A DNA stretch of 64,000 nt. Source: an uncultured Candidatus Actinomarina sp. (GTDB lineage: Bacteria; Actinomycetota; Acidimicrobiia; Actinomarinales; Actinomarinaceae). The first letter of the stretch is position 1. Every line of letters starts with the position of its first letter. Positions 63,014 through 64,000 of this stretch are shown piece by piece. The notes below the pieces were generated by a model, which saw only the letters and a list, made by a program, of their open reading frames with translations, was not told the DNA's origin and searched no databases. The stretch spans positions 41,969 through 105,968 of the forward strand of contig CACFFJ010000003.1 in the NCBI GenBank assembly GCA_902565645.1. The letters run 5' to 3'. Made by a program: the position numbers and the translations under genes.

Positions 63014-64000
63014 ATGGCAAAATCTAAAAAGTATGGCATCAACACAAAAGCACTCCATACACAAAAAAGAATCGATCTCCCAACAGGTGATGTTATGCCT
63101 CCAATTCATCTATCAACAACATATGAAAATACAGTCCCTGGTGAGTCAGAGTATTTTTATGGAAGAGTAAGTAATCCAACTAGAGAAATCTTTGAAAGAA
63201 CTATTTCTTCTTTAGAAGGAAATGAAAATTATGAAGAGCTACCTGGGCTAGCAATGGCCTCAGGAATGGCAGCCGTTTCATTGATTGGAGAACTTATAAA
63301 ACCTGATGAAAATGTAGTAATTACAAAAGATGTGTATGGGGGAACAACTAATTTTTTCGCAACAATTGCTAGAAAAAGAGGTTTGGAAGTGCATTTCTGT
63401 GATATGTACGATATTGAAAAACTTGAAACCTTAATTAATAAGAAAACAAAACTTGTTTGGATTGAATCCCCTTCAAATCCAAATATGAATATATATGACT
63501 TAAAAAAGATTTCTGAAATAGCACACAAAGAAGAAGCACTTTTAGTTGCCGATAGTACTTTTTGTACTCCATTTATAACTAGGCCTTTCGAACACGGTGT
63601 AGACATTATCATGCACTCCACAACAAAATATATTGGTGGACATAGCGATACTTTAGGTGGTGTTGTTGTTACGAACAATCAGGAAGTATATGAAACGCTT
63701 TATGAATATCAAAAAACTAGTGGTGGCATTATGGCTCCCTTTGATGCGTACTTATGTCAAAGAGGTCTTTACACTCTTGGGCCAAGAATCGAATTACACT
63801 CAAAAAACGCCCATCAGTTATCAGAATATTTAGCAAACTCAGAATACATAAAAGAAGTTAAGTATCCAGGTCTTACAGAGAGTCATAACCATGATGTTGC
63901 AGTAAAACAAATGGACTATTTTGGAGGAATGCTAAGTTTCTTCCTTGAAGATAGCATTAACGAGTCTAAATTTTGGGAAGAATTGGATCTTTATAAATTA
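63014..64000 (+). CDS. Cys/Met-metabolism PLP-dependent enzyme (cystathionine gamma-synthase/lyase / O-acylhomoserine sulfhydrylase family), 3'-truncated by the window edge
   Basis: My own translation from the ATG at 63014: MAKSKKYGINTKALHTQ...YGRVSNPTREIFE...AMASGMAA...HSTTKYIGGHSDTLGG (PLP-Lys). It stays open to base 64000 and is absent from the ORF track because there is no stop. Confidence 0.85.
   Translation, partial: MAKSKKYGINTKALHTQKRIDLPTGDVMPPIHLSTTYENTVPGESEYFYGRVSNPTREIFERTISSLEGNENYEELPGLAMASGMAAVSLIGELIKPDENVVITKDVYGGTTNFFATIARKRGLEVHFCDMYDIEKLETLINKKTKLVWIESPSNPNMNIYDLKKISEIAHKEEALLVADSTFCTPFITRPFEHGVDIIMHSTTKYIGGHSDTLGGVVVTNNQEVYETLYEYQKTSGGIMAPFDAYLCQRGLYTLGPRIELHSKNAHQLSEYLANSEYIKEVKYPGLTESHNHDVAVKQMDYFGGMLSFFLEDSINESKFWEELDLYKL

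Overview
This is a 64-kb window from a very AT-rich, extremely gene-dense bacterial chromosome. Stop/start overlaps are frequent, and convergent genes often overlap at their 3' ends.

Likely organism (inference, not verifiable here): a streamlined low-GC actinobacterium, possibly of the marine Ca. Actinomarina type. The markers are a WhiB-family regulator, a type II glutamine synthetase beside an OmpR/GlnR-like orphan regulator, and a dnaB-rplI-rpsR-ssb-rpsF block.

Layout:
(i) 1-28.6 kb is an even more AT-rich envelope-glycan island.
- It encodes about 11 glycosyltransferases, GDP-fucose synthesis (gmd, fcl) plus a second divergent gmd-like gene, and an AsnB-type amidotransferase.
- It also encodes a WbaP-type initiating phosphotransferase, a Wzy/O-antigen-ligase-like protein, an MsbA-like ABC exporter, TagA, and several large uncharacterised polytopic membrane proteins.
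- Four tRNA genes (Phe, Asp, Lys, Arg) interrupt it, and a 46-nt duplicated 3' half of tRNA-Phe lies beside the intact gene.

(ii) 28.6-41.4 kb is core-like. It holds argS, glnII, Fe-S trafficking genes (Nfu_N-like, IscA/HesB, Mrp/ApbC), selA-selB, whiB, an NfeD-like gene, a CheY-like receiver and a CNNM/CorC transporter.

(iii) 41.4-53.7 kb is a PTS region.
- A mannitol system is fully split into EIIC, EIIB and EIIA genes, followed by mtlD and ptsH.
- A nine-gene operon links gutM and a glucitol-family PTS to a SAF-domain dehydrogenase, a TPP-dependent E1 alpha/beta pair and a stand-alone lipoyl domain.
- ptsI is translationally coupled to an IspD-family cytidylyltransferase.

(iv) 53.8-64 kb is core: dnaB-rplI-rpsR-ssb-rpsF, panB, a lipoprotein-type msrA, rbsK, udp, a P450 and a partial Cys/Met-metabolism PLP enzyme.

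I saw no rRNA, CRISPR array, transposase, integrase, phage gene or recognisable defence gene.

Best candidate for something undescribed: the glucitol-PTS / SAF-dehydrogenase / E1 / lipoyl-carrier operon at 45.5-51.2 kb. Secondary items are the two strong hairpins placed exactly after the membrane EIIC genes of both PTS operons, the tRNA-Phe att-like scar, the selA-selB pair with no selenoprotein in view, and the cluster of unannotatable polytopic membrane proteins in the glycan island.

All functional calls rest on motif recognition by eye. No searches were run.
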